Positions 9,748-19,647 of a stretch of 64,000 nucleotides of DNA are shown here, in pieces. The stretch comes from an uncultured Bacteroidales bacterium. Lineage in GTDB: Bacteria; Bacteroidota; Bacteroidia; Bacteroidales; JAUNSR01. The position numbers and the translations under genes were made by a program. The stretch spans positions 5,079 to 69,078 of the forward strand of contig CAMTOJ010000012.1 in the NCBI GenBank assembly GCA_947074145.1, given 5' to 3'. The notes beneath the pieces were generated by a model. That model ran no database searches. It was not told the DNA's origin and saw only the letters and a program-made list of their open reading frames with translations. How positions within the stretch are numbered: position 1 is the first letter of the stretch; every line of letters starts with the position of its first letter.

Positions 9748-10462
9748 TATAGTTCAATATTCTATTTAGACCTTTTAAAACCAAATTTTTATCCACAAAG
9801 ATGGGATAATTAATATTCTCTGACAAGAAAAAAGCATCACCTCCCGTTAAAAATACAAAAACCGAATCATATTTTTTTTGCATTTCTTCAATAAATCCTT
9901 CAATTTCATATACTAGTCCTTTTATTACTCCACATCTGATAGCAGTCTGGGTCGTATTTCCGAAATCCGGAAGTTCTCCTGTTTTGTCTACTAAGGGAAG
10001 TGCATCTGTAAATTCATTCAAAGATTTAAATCGCATCTGCATGCCCGGTGCTATATTGCCACCTCGATAAACTTTATGCCTATCCATAAAATCATAGGTT
10101 ATAGCGGTTCCGGCATCAATAACTATGATGTTGCTATCTTCTTTTTCTGCCTCAGCTCCGGCTATTGCCGCTATTCTATCGACACCGAGCGTATTTGGCG
10201 TTTTATATCCTATTTTAAAAGGTAAAGACGTATTTTGATTCAAATAAATCAAATTTAAGAAATTTTCTTGTATTTTTTCAATAACACTCCCCTCTATTTT
10301 TTTTACCGAAGATATAATTACATTCTCAATATTATATTTATGGCCCAAAGACAATAGTATTTCAGAACTCAAGTCCTCATATATTGTCTTTTCTATAATT
10401 ATATTTTTTTCAAAGACAGCAACCTTTGCTATCGTATTTCCCTGATCAATTATTAAGTTCAA
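9734..10462 (-). CDS. coaX: Type III pantothenate kinase
   Basis: IIDQGNT, LGVDR, VIDAGTAITYD, GGNIAPG, FLTGGD; start placed at the TTG at 10462 (the ORF track gives 10483). Confidence 0.92.
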   Translation of the reverse strand: MNLIIDQGNTIAKVAVFEKNIIIEKTIYEDLSSEILLSLGHKYNIENVIISSVKKIEGSVIEKIQENFLNLIYLNQNTSLPFKIGYKTPNTLGVDRIAAIAGAEAEKEDSNIIVIDAGTAITYDFMDRHKVYRGGNIAPGMQMRFKSLNEFTDALPLVDKTGELPDFGNTTQTAIRCGVIKGLVYEIEGFIEEMQKKYDSVFVFLTGGDAFFLSENINYPIFVDKNLVLKGLNRILNYNVEK

Positions 10463-10636
10463 ATCTATAATATTTAGTGACAAATGTATAAATTTTTATA
10501 CTTATACATTATAAATCTTTATTTATTTAATAGTAATTTGATATTAAGGGCTTTTTTAATTAGTTATTTATAAACACAATTATTAAATTTGTAATCAGTA
10601 TTTTAATCATAATACTATACTTGAATTCAAACCAAT

Positions 10637-10963
10637 ATGCCTATAAAATCCTTTTTTTATTCAGTAAAATCAAATACTTCTGATACTATCTCATTTGTAA
10701 AGCAATTGAGAATTATGAGAGTTATTATAGCTATATTTGCAATATATATATTGTTTGTTTCAGAAAATAGTTTTTGGAAAAGAGCTTCAAACCAATATAG
10801 AATAATAGGGTTGAAAAGAGAAATAAATATTCACAAAAAGGAGATTGAAGACTCAAAACAAAAACTTAATGAATTAAATTCAAATAAAACCAATCTCGAA
10901 AAATTTGCAAGAGAACAATATCTCATGAAAAAAACAAATGAAGATATTTTCCTGATTAAATAA
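10637..10963 (+). CDS. ftsB: Septum formation initiator (FtsB/DivIC family)
   Basis: TM helix, coiled coil, LEKFAREQYLMKKTNEDIF. Confidence 0.8.
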   Translation: MPIKSFFYSVKSNTSDTISFVKQLRIMRVIIAIFAIYILFVSENSFWKRASNQYRIIGLKREINIHKKEIEDSKQKLNELNSNKTNLEKFAREQYLMKKTNEDIFLIK

Positions 10964-10977
10964 TTAGTGTACATTCT

Positions 10978-11310
10978 ATGAAAGAAAAATTAAACTCTTA
11001 CATGTTTAGGGTATCGGCGATAGTAATTCTTATTTCTACTGTAGCTTATCTTTTTGAAAAAAATATTTCTCCTTATTTTTTTGCTGTTGCAGCTGCCGGT
11101 ATTGCCGTTTCTAAACTTAATCAACAATATAATGGTAATAATTTAAGAATTAAACGACTTTTTAGGCTTCAGAAGATGGCGGGAATACTATATGTTGGTG
11201 CCTCATATTTTATGTTTAAACCACACAACCAGTGGATACCTCTTCTTCTTTGTGCCGCGGCATTGGAATTATATACCAATACTATTATAAGCAAAGAATT
11301 GAATAAATAA
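10978..11310 (+). CDS. Small hypothetical membrane protein
   Basis: Four hydrophobic segments; 14 bp after ftsB and followed by a terminator. Confidence 0.75.
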   Translation: MKEKLNSYMFRVSAIVILISTVAYLFEKNISPYFFAVAAAGIAVSKLNQQYNGNNLRIKRLFRLQKMAGILYVGASYFMFKPHNQWIPLLLCAAALELYTNTIISKELNK

Positions 11311-11332
11311 TTGTATTTATATTTATTATAAG

Positions 11333-11370
11333 CAAAAAAAGAGATTGAATTACTTCAATCTCTTTTTTTG
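11333..11370 (+). terminator. Intrinsic terminator (bidirectional-type)
   Basis: Perfect 17-bp arms CAAAAAAAGAGATTGAA / TTCAATCTCTTTTTTTG. Confidence 0.85.
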
Positions 11371-11658
11371 TTTTATATATTAGAATCTATGAAAATCGTT
11401 AAGCCATAGTCTTTTTTAATCTCTCAAATCAATCTTGCAGTTTCTTTGATAATAAACTATATCTTTTTTAGTAGTATTAAAATGCATCAATTATTAAGAG
11501 TCAAATTAATATAGCGTTAAGTATTCTCATATTCATAAAAATCTATGCTAAGACTAATTTAAATCTTTATCTTATAAATTAACCTATTCTATTTAGACAT
11601 ATAAAAAAAATAAACTTTTAGTTAGAGATTATGTTCTAAGGTAAACGAACAGAATTAG

Positions 11659-12612
11659 TTGATGAGAGATGAGCTAAAAAATAAATTGATAGGCAATTTG
11701 TTGATTTTGGGAACTATTGTGATATATAGTTTTAACACCAATTATATGAAAACTGTTGTTCCTACCTGGATTGGACCTTTTGGTCTTGTTTTCTTTCGTT
11801 GCCTAGCTTCTTTTATAGGTTTTTTTATCATCATTCTTTTCCTTCCACGTAAAGAACTTGTTATTAGTAGCAAAAAAGAGAAAATATTTCTTTTGATAGG
11901 GGGAGTACTAGGAATGGGAGCCAATATGCTTTTTTATATTATAGGACTTGAAAAATCCGGGCCTATTGATGCTTTTATCATAAGAACTTCACAACCCATA
12001 ATAGTCTTAATATTATCTATTATATTTTTCAATGCTCATTTATATTGGAACAAAGTATTAGGTATAATTCTCGGTATAGGCGGAACAGTCTATATAACTG
12101 CTTTTCAAACTAAAACCGGTACATCTGATGGAATTCCATATTTAGGAGATCTTTATTTATTGATAAGCTCTATTTTTTATTCAACTTATCTTGTCTTGAT
12201 AAAAAGATATACTATGAAAATTAATCCGTTTGTCATTCTTACTTGGTTGGCTTTTTCGGGAACTATTTTAACTATGCCATTTGGATTGAAAGAGTTAATC
12301 GAGGCTCCATTATGGAGTAAACCTTTGGATATTGCAATAATGGGGGAAATTCTTTTCATATTGTTTTGTTCAACAATGATTGTAAATATTCTTATAGTTA
12401 AAGCCCTAAAATATGTTTCTTCATTTACAGCAAGTATTTATATATTTCTTCTGCCTATAACAGGATCTTTAATAACTATTTGGATGGGGCTTCAATCTTT
12501 GTCATTAAATAAGATCATAGCTTTTATTCTCATTCTATCAGGATTTGTTTTTATCAACATCAATAAGAGGTCGAAAAGGACCTCACCTCATTATCCACTC
12601 TATGACCATTAA
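11659..12612 (+). CDS. DMT/EamA family transporter
   Basis: About 10 TM helices in two repeats; PIIVLILS, KVLGIILGIGG, LGDLYLL. Confidence 0.85.
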   Translation: MMRDELKNKLIGNLLILGTIVIYSFNTNYMKTVVPTWIGPFGLVFFRCLASFIGFFIIILFLPRKELVISSKKEKIFLLIGGVLGMGANMLFYIIGLEKSGPIDAFIIRTSQPIIVLILSIIFFNAHLYWNKVLGIILGIGGTVYITAFQTKTGTSDGIPYLGDLYLLISSIFYSTYLVLIKRYTMKINPFVILTWLAFSGTILTMPFGLKELIEAPLWSKPLDIAIMGEILFILFCSTMIVNILIVKALKYVSSFTASIYIFLLPITGSLITIWMGLQSLSLNKIIAFILILSGFVFININKRSKRTSPHYPLYDH

Positions 12613-12624
12613 TATATAACAACT

Positions 12625-12975
12625 ATGGAAAAATATAAAATCGTCTTTTTAATTCGAGACAATAATAAATGGATTAATCTTTTTGGTAATATTGAAAATA
12701 TCTGCAAACAATCTCATAAAATAGAAAAAATATCAGTTGTTATTACAGACACAGCAGTTATGTCTTGCTTATTGGGTGCGAAGATTAATTGGTTCAACAA
12801 AGAGATAAAAAGTGCATTAGACAAAAAGGTAGAATTCTTTGTCTGCATTAATACAATGCATAAATACAATATCGATTTGAATTCAATTTTACCTGCTTTT
12901 TCTTTAGCTACCGAGGGTGGAATAATAAAAATTGTAGAGTTAGAATCAAAAGGATTTCATAAAATAGAATTATAA
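12625..12975 (+). CDS. DsrE family protein
   Basis: VEFFVCINTM and GGIIKIVELESKGF, typical DsrE-like motifs. Confidence 0.7.
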   Translation: MEKYKIVFLIRDNNKWINLFGNIENICKQSHKIEKISVVITDTAVMSCLLGAKINWFNKEIKSALDKKVEFFVCINTMHKYNIDLNSILPAFSLATEGGIIKIVELESKGFHKIEL

Positions 12976-13007
12976 TTTAGATAATGGTATCTCTTTTATA
13001 CTGAAAA

Positions 13008-13053
13008 AATATAAGAATAAAAGCATCATAATGACGATTTTTTATTCTTATAT
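13008..13053. terminator. AT-rich stem-loop between convergent genes
   Basis: AATATAAGAATAAAA ... TTTTATTCTTATATT. Confidence 0.5.
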
Positions 13054-13065
13054 TATTATATTCTT

Positions 13066-14502
13066 TTAGTATAAATGTTCAACAATTGAATTTAGATAGA
13101 TTTCAATATTTGTATAATGGTTATCAGAATCAATAGTTTTTAGAACAGAATCGTGGGCATCATTTTTATTCAAACCATTACTATCTTCCCAATAATCTGG
13201 AATTCCATCATTATCCGTATCTTGCTTGAGATCATAAGTATTATATTGAGGCCATCCCCCGACATCTTGTTGGGAGTCTATAATTCCGGGTTTACCGGAT
13301 TTGGAACCGGAAAATGTCACTGTTCCTGTTTTAACCTCTTCCACAATCCTTTTATCTACTATATCTCTTTTATTCGAGGTACCAGCATATAATAATACTT
13401 TTTCATATGCACTCAGCGCATCATCGGTAGGAATTGAGCATATTTCAAATTCGGTGTCTGATTTAATCTGTTGCTTTTCTACTCTATTATTATGTGGATG
13501 TATCCCTTTCCAGTTGTCAGAACTAACTTCATCATTTCCAATAACAACATTACCATCTACATAGAATTCTCCATAAATCCCCCCTTTTTCATAAGGTTCG
13601 AATATTCTGTGTCTCACATTATTGTTGGTAGCCGGACCATATTTGTAATAATTATTTATGATGTTATAACTACCTCCTTCGGCTGCATATCCGCTATTAT
13701 ATCCCCAATTGTAAATCACATTATTTCTAAAATCAACTTGTTCAAGATCGGGACGGTCGGTATATCGACTTCCACAAAGACGAGGATTTCGACTATTGTG
13801 ATGAGCTATGAGGTTGTGATGAAATGTAGCTTTCTGGCCTCCCCAAATAGCTCCATAGCCATGATCTCCTTTTATATGTGCAGAACTGTTAAGGCTCTCT
13901 GATAATATACACCACTGCATAGTGAAATTTTTGTTATCATAGAAAGAAGAACATTCATCGGTACTCCAACTCATTGAGCAATGATCTATAATGATATTAG
14001 ATTGGCGTCTACCCCATAAAGCATCATCTTCAACTTGATATAGATCACCCATCCTGAATCTGATAAATCGGATTATCACATTATCCGATTTTACTTGGAC
14101 AGAATTACCGGACAGACAGATACCGTCCCCGGGGGCACTCTGACCGGCTATTGTCAAATCGCCATTGCTAATCTCCAATCGACTTTTTAAATCTATTTTC
14201 CCGGATACAGAAAAAACAATTATTCTCGGATAATCCTGATTAACAGCCCATCTCAAAGACCCCTCCTTTTCATCATCTTCCAAACGAGTAACTTTCAATA
14301 CGATTCCATCTCTTCCCCCTTTAGTAAATTTCCCGGCACCTTGAGCCCCGGGAAAAGCGACAGTCTTATTAGTATGCTCTTTTACCGAAGTTGACTCATA
14401 TTGTTTTTCTTCGGTTTTATGTGTTTTGCATGAATATGAAGCGATACATGAAATGATAGATATAAAAATCAATTTTCTCTTGACTATTTTAGACCTTAAC
14501 AT
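13066..14502 (-). CDS. Pectate lyase (PL1), probable lipoprotein
   Basis: AFPGAQGAG...GGR, GSLRWA, TIAGQSAPG, IIDHCSMSWSTDE, SRNPR, DNDGIPD. Confidence 0.88.
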   Translation of the reverse strand: MLRSKIVKRKLIFISIISCIASYSCKTHKTEEKQYESTSVKEHTNKTVAFPGAQGAGKFTKGGRDGIVLKVTRLEDDEKEGSLRWAVNQDYPRIIVFSVSGKIDLKSRLEISNGDLTIAGQSAPGDGICLSGNSVQVKSDNVIIRFIRFRMGDLYQVEDDALWGRRQSNIIIDHCSMSWSTDECSSFYDNKNFTMQWCILSESLNSSAHIKGDHGYGAIWGGQKATFHHNLIAHHNSRNPRLCGSRYTDRPDLEQVDFRNNVIYNWGYNSGYAAEGGSYNIINNYYKYGPATNNNVRHRIFEPYEKGGIYGEFYVDGNVVIGNDEVSSDNWKGIHPHNNRVEKQQIKSDTEFEICSIPTDDALSAYEKVLLYAGTSNKRDIVDKRIVEEVKTGTVTFSGSKSGKPGIIDSQQDVGGWPQYNTYDLKQDTDNDGIPDYWEDSNGLNKNDAHDSVLKTIDSDNHYTNIEIYLNSIVEHLY

Positions 14503-14649
14503 CTTTGGTTTTGTTTATATTAATAATGTGTTAATCATTGACTGATAATTTTCTAAATATAATTATTAGGATCTGAACTTACACATCATATTCGTTAGAT
14601 TTTGATAAAATTTATTTTCAATATTGATTACTTATTAAACATTATAATT

Positions 14650-14994
14650 ATGGAACTATTCATCTCTTCCATTTTTAAGTATTTCACCCATTTATCTGCA
14701 TCAGATATTATTGGGTATATAGCTTCCATTTGTTTGATATTTGGTTATCTACCTCAAACAATTCATACTATAAAAACACGAAAAACAGATGATATTGCTG
14801 TTGGGACATTTCTTCTAATGGGAATTGGAAGTTTATTTTTTGGAATACAAGGAATAATGCTTTCCAATATACCTCTTATTGTTACCAATTTTATAACATT
14901 TTCCTTAAGCTCAATTATATTCGCTATAAAAATGTATAACGATCATTTCAAAATTACAGACAGTGATGTAGATAGAAAGAAAAAGAAATATTAA
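14650..14994 (+). CDS. SemiSWEET / PQ-loop family transporter
   Basis: IGYIA...GYLPQTIHTIKTRKTDDI, PLIVTN; 3 TM; start placed at the ATG at 14650. Confidence 0.8.
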   Translation: MELFISSIFKYFTHLSASDIIGYIASICLIFGYLPQTIHTIKTRKTDDIAVGTFLLMGIGSLFFGIQGIMLSNIPLIVTNFITFSLSSIIFAIKMYNDHFKITDSDVDRKKKKY

Positions 14995-15009
14995 ACATTA
15001 ATGAGATAT

Positions 15010-15064
15010 AAAAAAAAAGCAGAATTCCTTTTATTTAGCATTAAAGTAGGAATTCTGCTCTTTT
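15010..15064. terminator. Bidirectional terminator ending the oxalate operon and SemiSWEET
   Basis: GCAGAATTCCT ... AGGAATTCTGC with flanking A-run and T-run. Confidence 0.75.
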
Positions 15065-15068
15065 ATTA

Positions 15069-18000
15069 TTAGCAATTATTTCTGTTTTTCAATATCTCAA
15101 ATAACTTCTCACAAGTATCACTCAAAGCAGACTGAAGTATCTTTGATTCTTTAGGCAAAGTCTCCTCAAGATCTGCATAGCGATCCTCTCCGTCAAGATA
15201 TTGAGACAAAGTACCATCTGGTTTCTGGTAATCGATTGTTAGAGGATCTTTACCTGTTGCGTTATTTTCAGGATTATATCTATACAAAGGCCAATAACCG
15301 GAAGCTACAGCCCTAGATTCCTCAATAATATTCATTCCCATACCTTTTCTCAAACCATGGTTAATACATGGACAATATGCTATTACAATGGAAGGACCAT
15401 TATAATTTTCGGCCTCGGTTAAGGCCTGTATTGTATGTTCTTTGTTTGCTCCTATTGAAACCGAGGCTACATAAACTGAGCCATAAACCATTGCCATACG
15501 ACCAAGATCTTTCTTATTTGTACGTTTACCAACAGATGAAAATTTCGCTATTGCTCCTAATGGTGTGGCTTTAGAAGTTTGACCGCCTGTATTGGAATAA
15601 CATTCTGTATCAAGAACTAGAATATTAACATTTTCTCCCGAAGCCAAAACATGATCAAGACCTCCATATCCAATATCGTAAGCCCAACCGTCACCCCCGA
15701 TTATCCATATGCTCTTTTTTCCTAAAAGATCGGAACTATCCAAAATATCTGCGATTATCTTAATAGATGAATATTTATTCAAGTTCTCTTTTAATTTATT
15801 TCCTATAACAATTGATTTTTCTGGATCTTCCTTATCAACAAGCCATTCATTCAACATTTCACATGTATCCTTATCCAGACCTGCTTGATTTACAGCCTGA
15901 GTGATTAATATTTCAAGTTTATCTCTTCTTTGTTTAATAGCTGTCGCTATACCGTATCCATACTCTGCTGCATCCTCAAATAAAGAATTACCCCATGCCG
16001 GGCCTTGCCCGTTTTTATTGATAGTATAGGGCATACTAGGCATACTTGCACCCCAGATAGAACTACAACCGGTAGCATTTGCCACTATCATCCGTTCTCC
16101 GAAAAGTTGAGTTACAAGTTTCACATAAGGTGTCTCTCCACATCCGGCACAACATCCTGAGAACTCTAACAGAGGTTGTTGAAATTGAGATCCTCTTATA
16201 CTGTTTCGTGGTACAAGATTATCTTTCACAGTTATATTAGCCTTGGCAAAATCGAGATTTATCTTTTGTGTATCAATAAGCTCATCATAAGGTTTCATAC
16301 TTAAAGCCTTTACAGGACAAACATTCACACAAGATTCGCACCCGACACAATCTTCTGGATATATTTGAATTCGATAATTAAGATTTAAGAAAACATCTCC
16401 TCCTTTTGCTTTTTTGACAATGAATGACTGTGGAGCTTTAGCTAATTCTTCTGCAGTGGCAAGATATGGTCTTATTGCGGCATGAGGACAAACGAACGAA
16501 CATTGGGTACATTCAATGCATATCTTATCATCCCATTCTGGTAAAGATACTGCGACACCCCTTTTCTCATAAGCGGTTGTTCCGGGTGGAACTTTTCCGT
16601 CCGCAGCAAAAAGAGATACCGGTAAACTATTACCTTTTAAAGCCAATATTGGTTTTGCTACATTCTTAATGAAATCCGGTATCTTTTCTGTTTCATTATT
16701 TTTTTCTTCAGCTTGTAGCCAGGAAGAAGGATATTTGATTTCCTGAATTGCTGTAATAGTCATATCTACAGCTTTTATGTTTTTTAAAACTATATCATCA
16801 CCCTCTTTTTCATAGATTTTTTTAATATCTGTTTTTAGAAGTGATATTGCTTTATCAAAATCAAGAACATTTGATAATTTAAAAAACACAGTCTGCATTA
16901 TCATATTGATTCTTATTCCTAATCCTACTTCTGAGGCTATTTTTTCTGCATCTATATTATAAAATTTCAAGTTCTTATTTGCAATCTCTCTTCTCATGTT
17001 TGCAGGAAGCTTTTGTTCCATTTCTTGCAATGTCCATGATGAATTAAGAATAAAAACACCATTTTCTTTTATACCCTCAAGAATATCAAACTTGTTTACA
17101 TAACTATCCTTATGACATGCTATATAATCGGCATCAGTGATTAGATATGCAGATTTTATAGGTGTGTTTCCAAACCTCAAATGAGAAACAGTATATCCTT
17201 CAGACTTCTTTGAGTCATATGAGAAATATGCCTGTACATATAGATCTGTGTTATCTCCAATGATATTTGAGGCTTGTTTATTTGCCCCGACTGTACCATC
17301 AGATCCGATACCAAAAAATTTACATTGAATAGTTCCTTCTGGCGTGGTTTCTATTTTTTCTGTAATTTCCAATGATAATTTGGAGACGTCATCATTTATT
17401 CCTACTGTAAATCGCAATTTTGGAGTTTCACTCTTCATATTTTCATACACAGCCTTCACCATTGAAGGTGTCAAGTCCTTAGAGCTTAACCCATAGCGAC
17501 CACCTATTACTTTGATAAATTTTTCTTTTGTTAATAAAGCTGTACATATATCCTGAAATAGAGGTTCTCCTTGCGATCCTGGTTCCTTTGTTCTGTCAAG
17601 TACTGTAATCAATTTTACAGAATCAGAAATAACAGATATAAAGGAATCAACAGAAAAGGGACGATATAATCTTACCTTTATCAGACCTATCTTTTCACCT
17701 TTTTTAAGAAGATAATCAATCGTCTCTTCAATTACATCACAGCTTGAACCCATTGAGACGATTAAAAACTCTGCCTCTTTATCTCCTACGTAGTCAAATA
17801 AACCATATTTTCTTCCTGTTATCCGGTATACATCATTCATCTTATTCTCAACTATTTCCGGAAATGTATCATATATGAGATTAGCTGCTTCTCTATTTTG
17901 AAAATACACATCAGGGTCTTGAGCGGTTCCTCTTATTTCCGGATGTTCCGGATTCATTGCTCTTTTTCTAAAATCTTTTATTTTATCATAATTAATCAAT

Positions 18001-18593
18001 GGAGCTATATCATCATACTCTATTGTTTCAATAGTTTCCATTTCACTTGATGTTCTCATTCCATCAAAAAAATGGCAGACCGGTATTGACCCTTCAATTG
18101 CCGCGAGATGAGCAACAAGAGCAAGATCCATACATTCCTGAACAGATGAAGAAGCAAGAAATGCAAAACCGGTTTGACGACAAGCCATCACATCCTGATG
18201 ATCCCCAAAAATCGATAAAGCATGCGTTGATAAAGAACGAGTTGTTACATGAAAAACTGCCGGAAGTAACTCTCCGGCAATTTTATACATATTAGGTATC
18301 ATTAACATTAATCCTTGTGAGGCTGTATAAGTAGTAGCAAGCGCTCCTCCACATAAACTGCCATGAACTGCACCTGCTGCACCCAGTTCAGATTCCATCT
18401 CTCTTACAACCATAGGTTGTCCGTATAGATTTTTAATCCCATTGTTTGCCCACATATCAGCAAGTTCTCCCATATCCGAAGCTGGAGATATGGGATAGAT
18501 GGTCGCTACATCTGACAACGCATATGATATATATGTAGTTGCAGTACAACCATCCATCACACTCTTTTTAGATTTCATAAATATCAGATTCAA
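15069..18593 (-). CDS. nifJ: Pyruvate:ferredoxin (flavodoxin) oxidoreductase family enzyme, divergent, in the oxalate operon
   Basis: Single-chain PFOR architecture: YPISP, SELGAAGAVHG, GSDGTVGANK, two CxxCxxCxxxCP motifs, CAGCGE, GDGWAYDIG, YSNTGGQ; start may be the ATG at 18578. Confidence 0.85.
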   Translation of the reverse strand: MNLIFMKSKKSVMDGCTATTYISYALSDVATIYPISPASDMGELADMWANNGIKNLYGQPMVVREMESELGAAGAVHGSLCGGALATTYTASQGLMLMIPNMYKIAGELLPAVFHVTTRSLSTHALSIFGDHQDVMACRQTGFAFLASSSVQECMDLALVAHLAAIEGSIPVCHFFDGMRTSSEMETIETIEYDDIAPLINYDKIKDFRKRAMNPEHPEIRGTAQDPDVYFQNREAANLIYDTFPEIVENKMNDVYRITGRKYGLFDYVGDKEAEFLIVSMGSSCDVIEETIDYLLKKGEKIGLIKVRLYRPFSVDSFISVISDSVKLITVLDRTKEPGSQGEPLFQDICTALLTKEKFIKVIGGRYGLSSKDLTPSMVKAVYENMKSETPKLRFTVGINDDVSKLSLEITEKIETTPEGTIQCKFFGIGSDGTVGANKQASNIIGDNTDLYVQAYFSYDSKKSEGYTVSHLRFGNTPIKSAYLITDADYIACHKDSYVNKFDILEGIKENGVFILNSSWTLQEMEQKLPANMRREIANKNLKFYNIDAEKIASEVGLGIRINMIMQTVFFKLSNVLDFDKAISLLKTDIKKIYEKEGDDIVLKNIKAVDMTITAIQEIKYPSSWLQAEEKNNETEKIPDFIKNVAKPILALKGNSLPVSLFAADGKVPPGTTAYEKRGVAVSLPEWDDKICIECTQCSFVCPHAAIRPYLATAEELAKAPQSFIVKKAKGGDVFLNLNYRIQIYPEDCVGCESCVNVCPVKALSMKPYDELIDTQKINLDFAKANITVKDNLVPRNSIRGSQFQQPLLEFSGCCAGCGETPYVKLVTQLFGERMIVANATGCSSIWGASMPSMPYTINKNGQGPAWGNSLFEDAAEYGYGIATAIKQRRDKLEILITQAVNQAGLDKDTCEMLNEWLVDKEDPEKSIVIGNKLKENLNKYSSIKIIADILDSSDLLGKKSIWIIGGDGWAYDIGYGGLDHVLASGENVNILVLDTECYSNTGGQTSKATPLGAIAKFSSVGKRTNKKDLGRMAMVYGSVYVASVSIGANKEHTIQALTEAENYNGPSIVIAYCPCINHGLRKGMGMNIIEESRAVASGYWPLYRYNPENNATGKDPLTIDYQKPDGTLSQYLDGEDRYADLEETLPKESKILQSALSDTCEKLFEILKNRNNC

Positions 18594-18605
18594 TTTTATT
18601 TATTT

Positions 18606-19628
18606 CTATCCCGCGACGAGCCGCGCTAACCATATCCAAAGTGGAGCAGTACCCATAAAAAGCAATGTACTAAATGCTAAAGAGGATGTGCCCGTTCTGA
18701 CATAAGTTTGAAAACGACTTCCTATGATAATTCCTGAAAAAACAGGAGGTAATGCACCCGCCAAAACTACCATTTGAAGTTTTTCTGCATCAAGACCTAT
18801 TAGTTTGCCCAACAATAAGAAAAGAGCAGGCATAATAAAAAGTTTCACAATAGAATTATAAATCACTTCCTTATCAAACTCAATGCTTGTTGCCGATAAA
18901 GTCAAACCGGCCGCAAACACTGCCACTCCGGCATTTGCTTTACCAATGAGAACAAATGAAGGCTCTGCAATTGGAGGAAATTTTATCCCGCACAAAACAA
19001 TTATCACGGCTATAATTGGCGACCAAACTACAGGTTCTTTCATTGCGTTTAGAAATGCACTACCATGATGAACTTTTTGTGGTGCTGTTGCTGTAGCAGT
19101 GCCGGCTGAAGTCGCTGTTGCAGTTCCAGAAGAAGTAGCTTCTTTTGCATGCAGCTCAGCTAATGCTTTTTGAGGATTAAGAATCACCAATGCTATAGGT
19201 ATTGCTATGGCATTTACTACAATCGCAACAATTGCAACAACAAGACCGGTTGATGCACTTGCTCCGTAAATAGGCTCAAGTATAGCATAACCAAGGAAAC
19301 CTATTGTAGGTGCCCCTCCTATTAATCCGCATATTGCTGATTCGCCGGTGGTATGCTTAAAAAACTTTTTACAGGAAAAATATGACCAGAAATAACATCC
19401 TATAATTACAACAAGACTGACAAGTGATAATCTTGCATCTTGAAATAACATCTCTCTATCAGCTTTAACGATTGAAACAAATAAAGCCGCAGGAAGACAG
19501 TAATTTAGAACAAGTTTATTAAAACTTCGTGATGTACCTGGCTGGAATACTTTTCTTTTTCCGGCTATATAACCTAAAATCATGATTATATATATCGGTA
19601 ATAAGTCAGTTAATATAATTTTTAGCAT
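18606..19628 (-). CDS. AEC-family transporter, YfdV-like putative oxalate/formate transporter
   Basis: [52 protein letters not shown] match YfdV-type proteins; lies directly after oxc. Confidence 0.85.
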   Translation of the reverse strand: MLKIILTDLLPIYIIMILGYIAGKRKVFQPGTSRSFNKLVLNYCLPAALFVSIVKADREMLFQDARLSLVSLVVIIGCYFWSYFSCKKFFKHTTGESAICGLIGGAPTIGFLGYAILEPIYGASASTGLVVAIVAIVVNAIAIPIALVILNPQKALAELHAKEATSSGTATATSAGTATATAPQKVHHGSAFLNAMKEPVVWSPIIAVIIVLCGIKFPPIAEPSFVLIGKANAGVAVFAAGLTLSATSIEFDKEVIYNSIVKLFIMPALFLLLGKLIGLDAEKLQMVVLAGALPPVFSGIIIGSRFQTYVRTGTSSLAFSTLLFMGTAPLWIWLARLVAG

Positions 19629-19647
19629 AAACTTTTCATTTGATTAT

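Noticed and set aside
14575-14596. GAAC...CGTT upstream of SemiSWEET as a fourth member of the ECF-like motif
   Set aside because: The spacer is 2 nt shorter than in the other three sites
15069-18593. Calling the PFOR-like gene an oxalate oxidoreductase (OOR)
   Set aside because: It lacks the YPIRP Arg of OOR, keeps the PFOR-type SNTGGQ Asn, and is single-chain; specificity is left open
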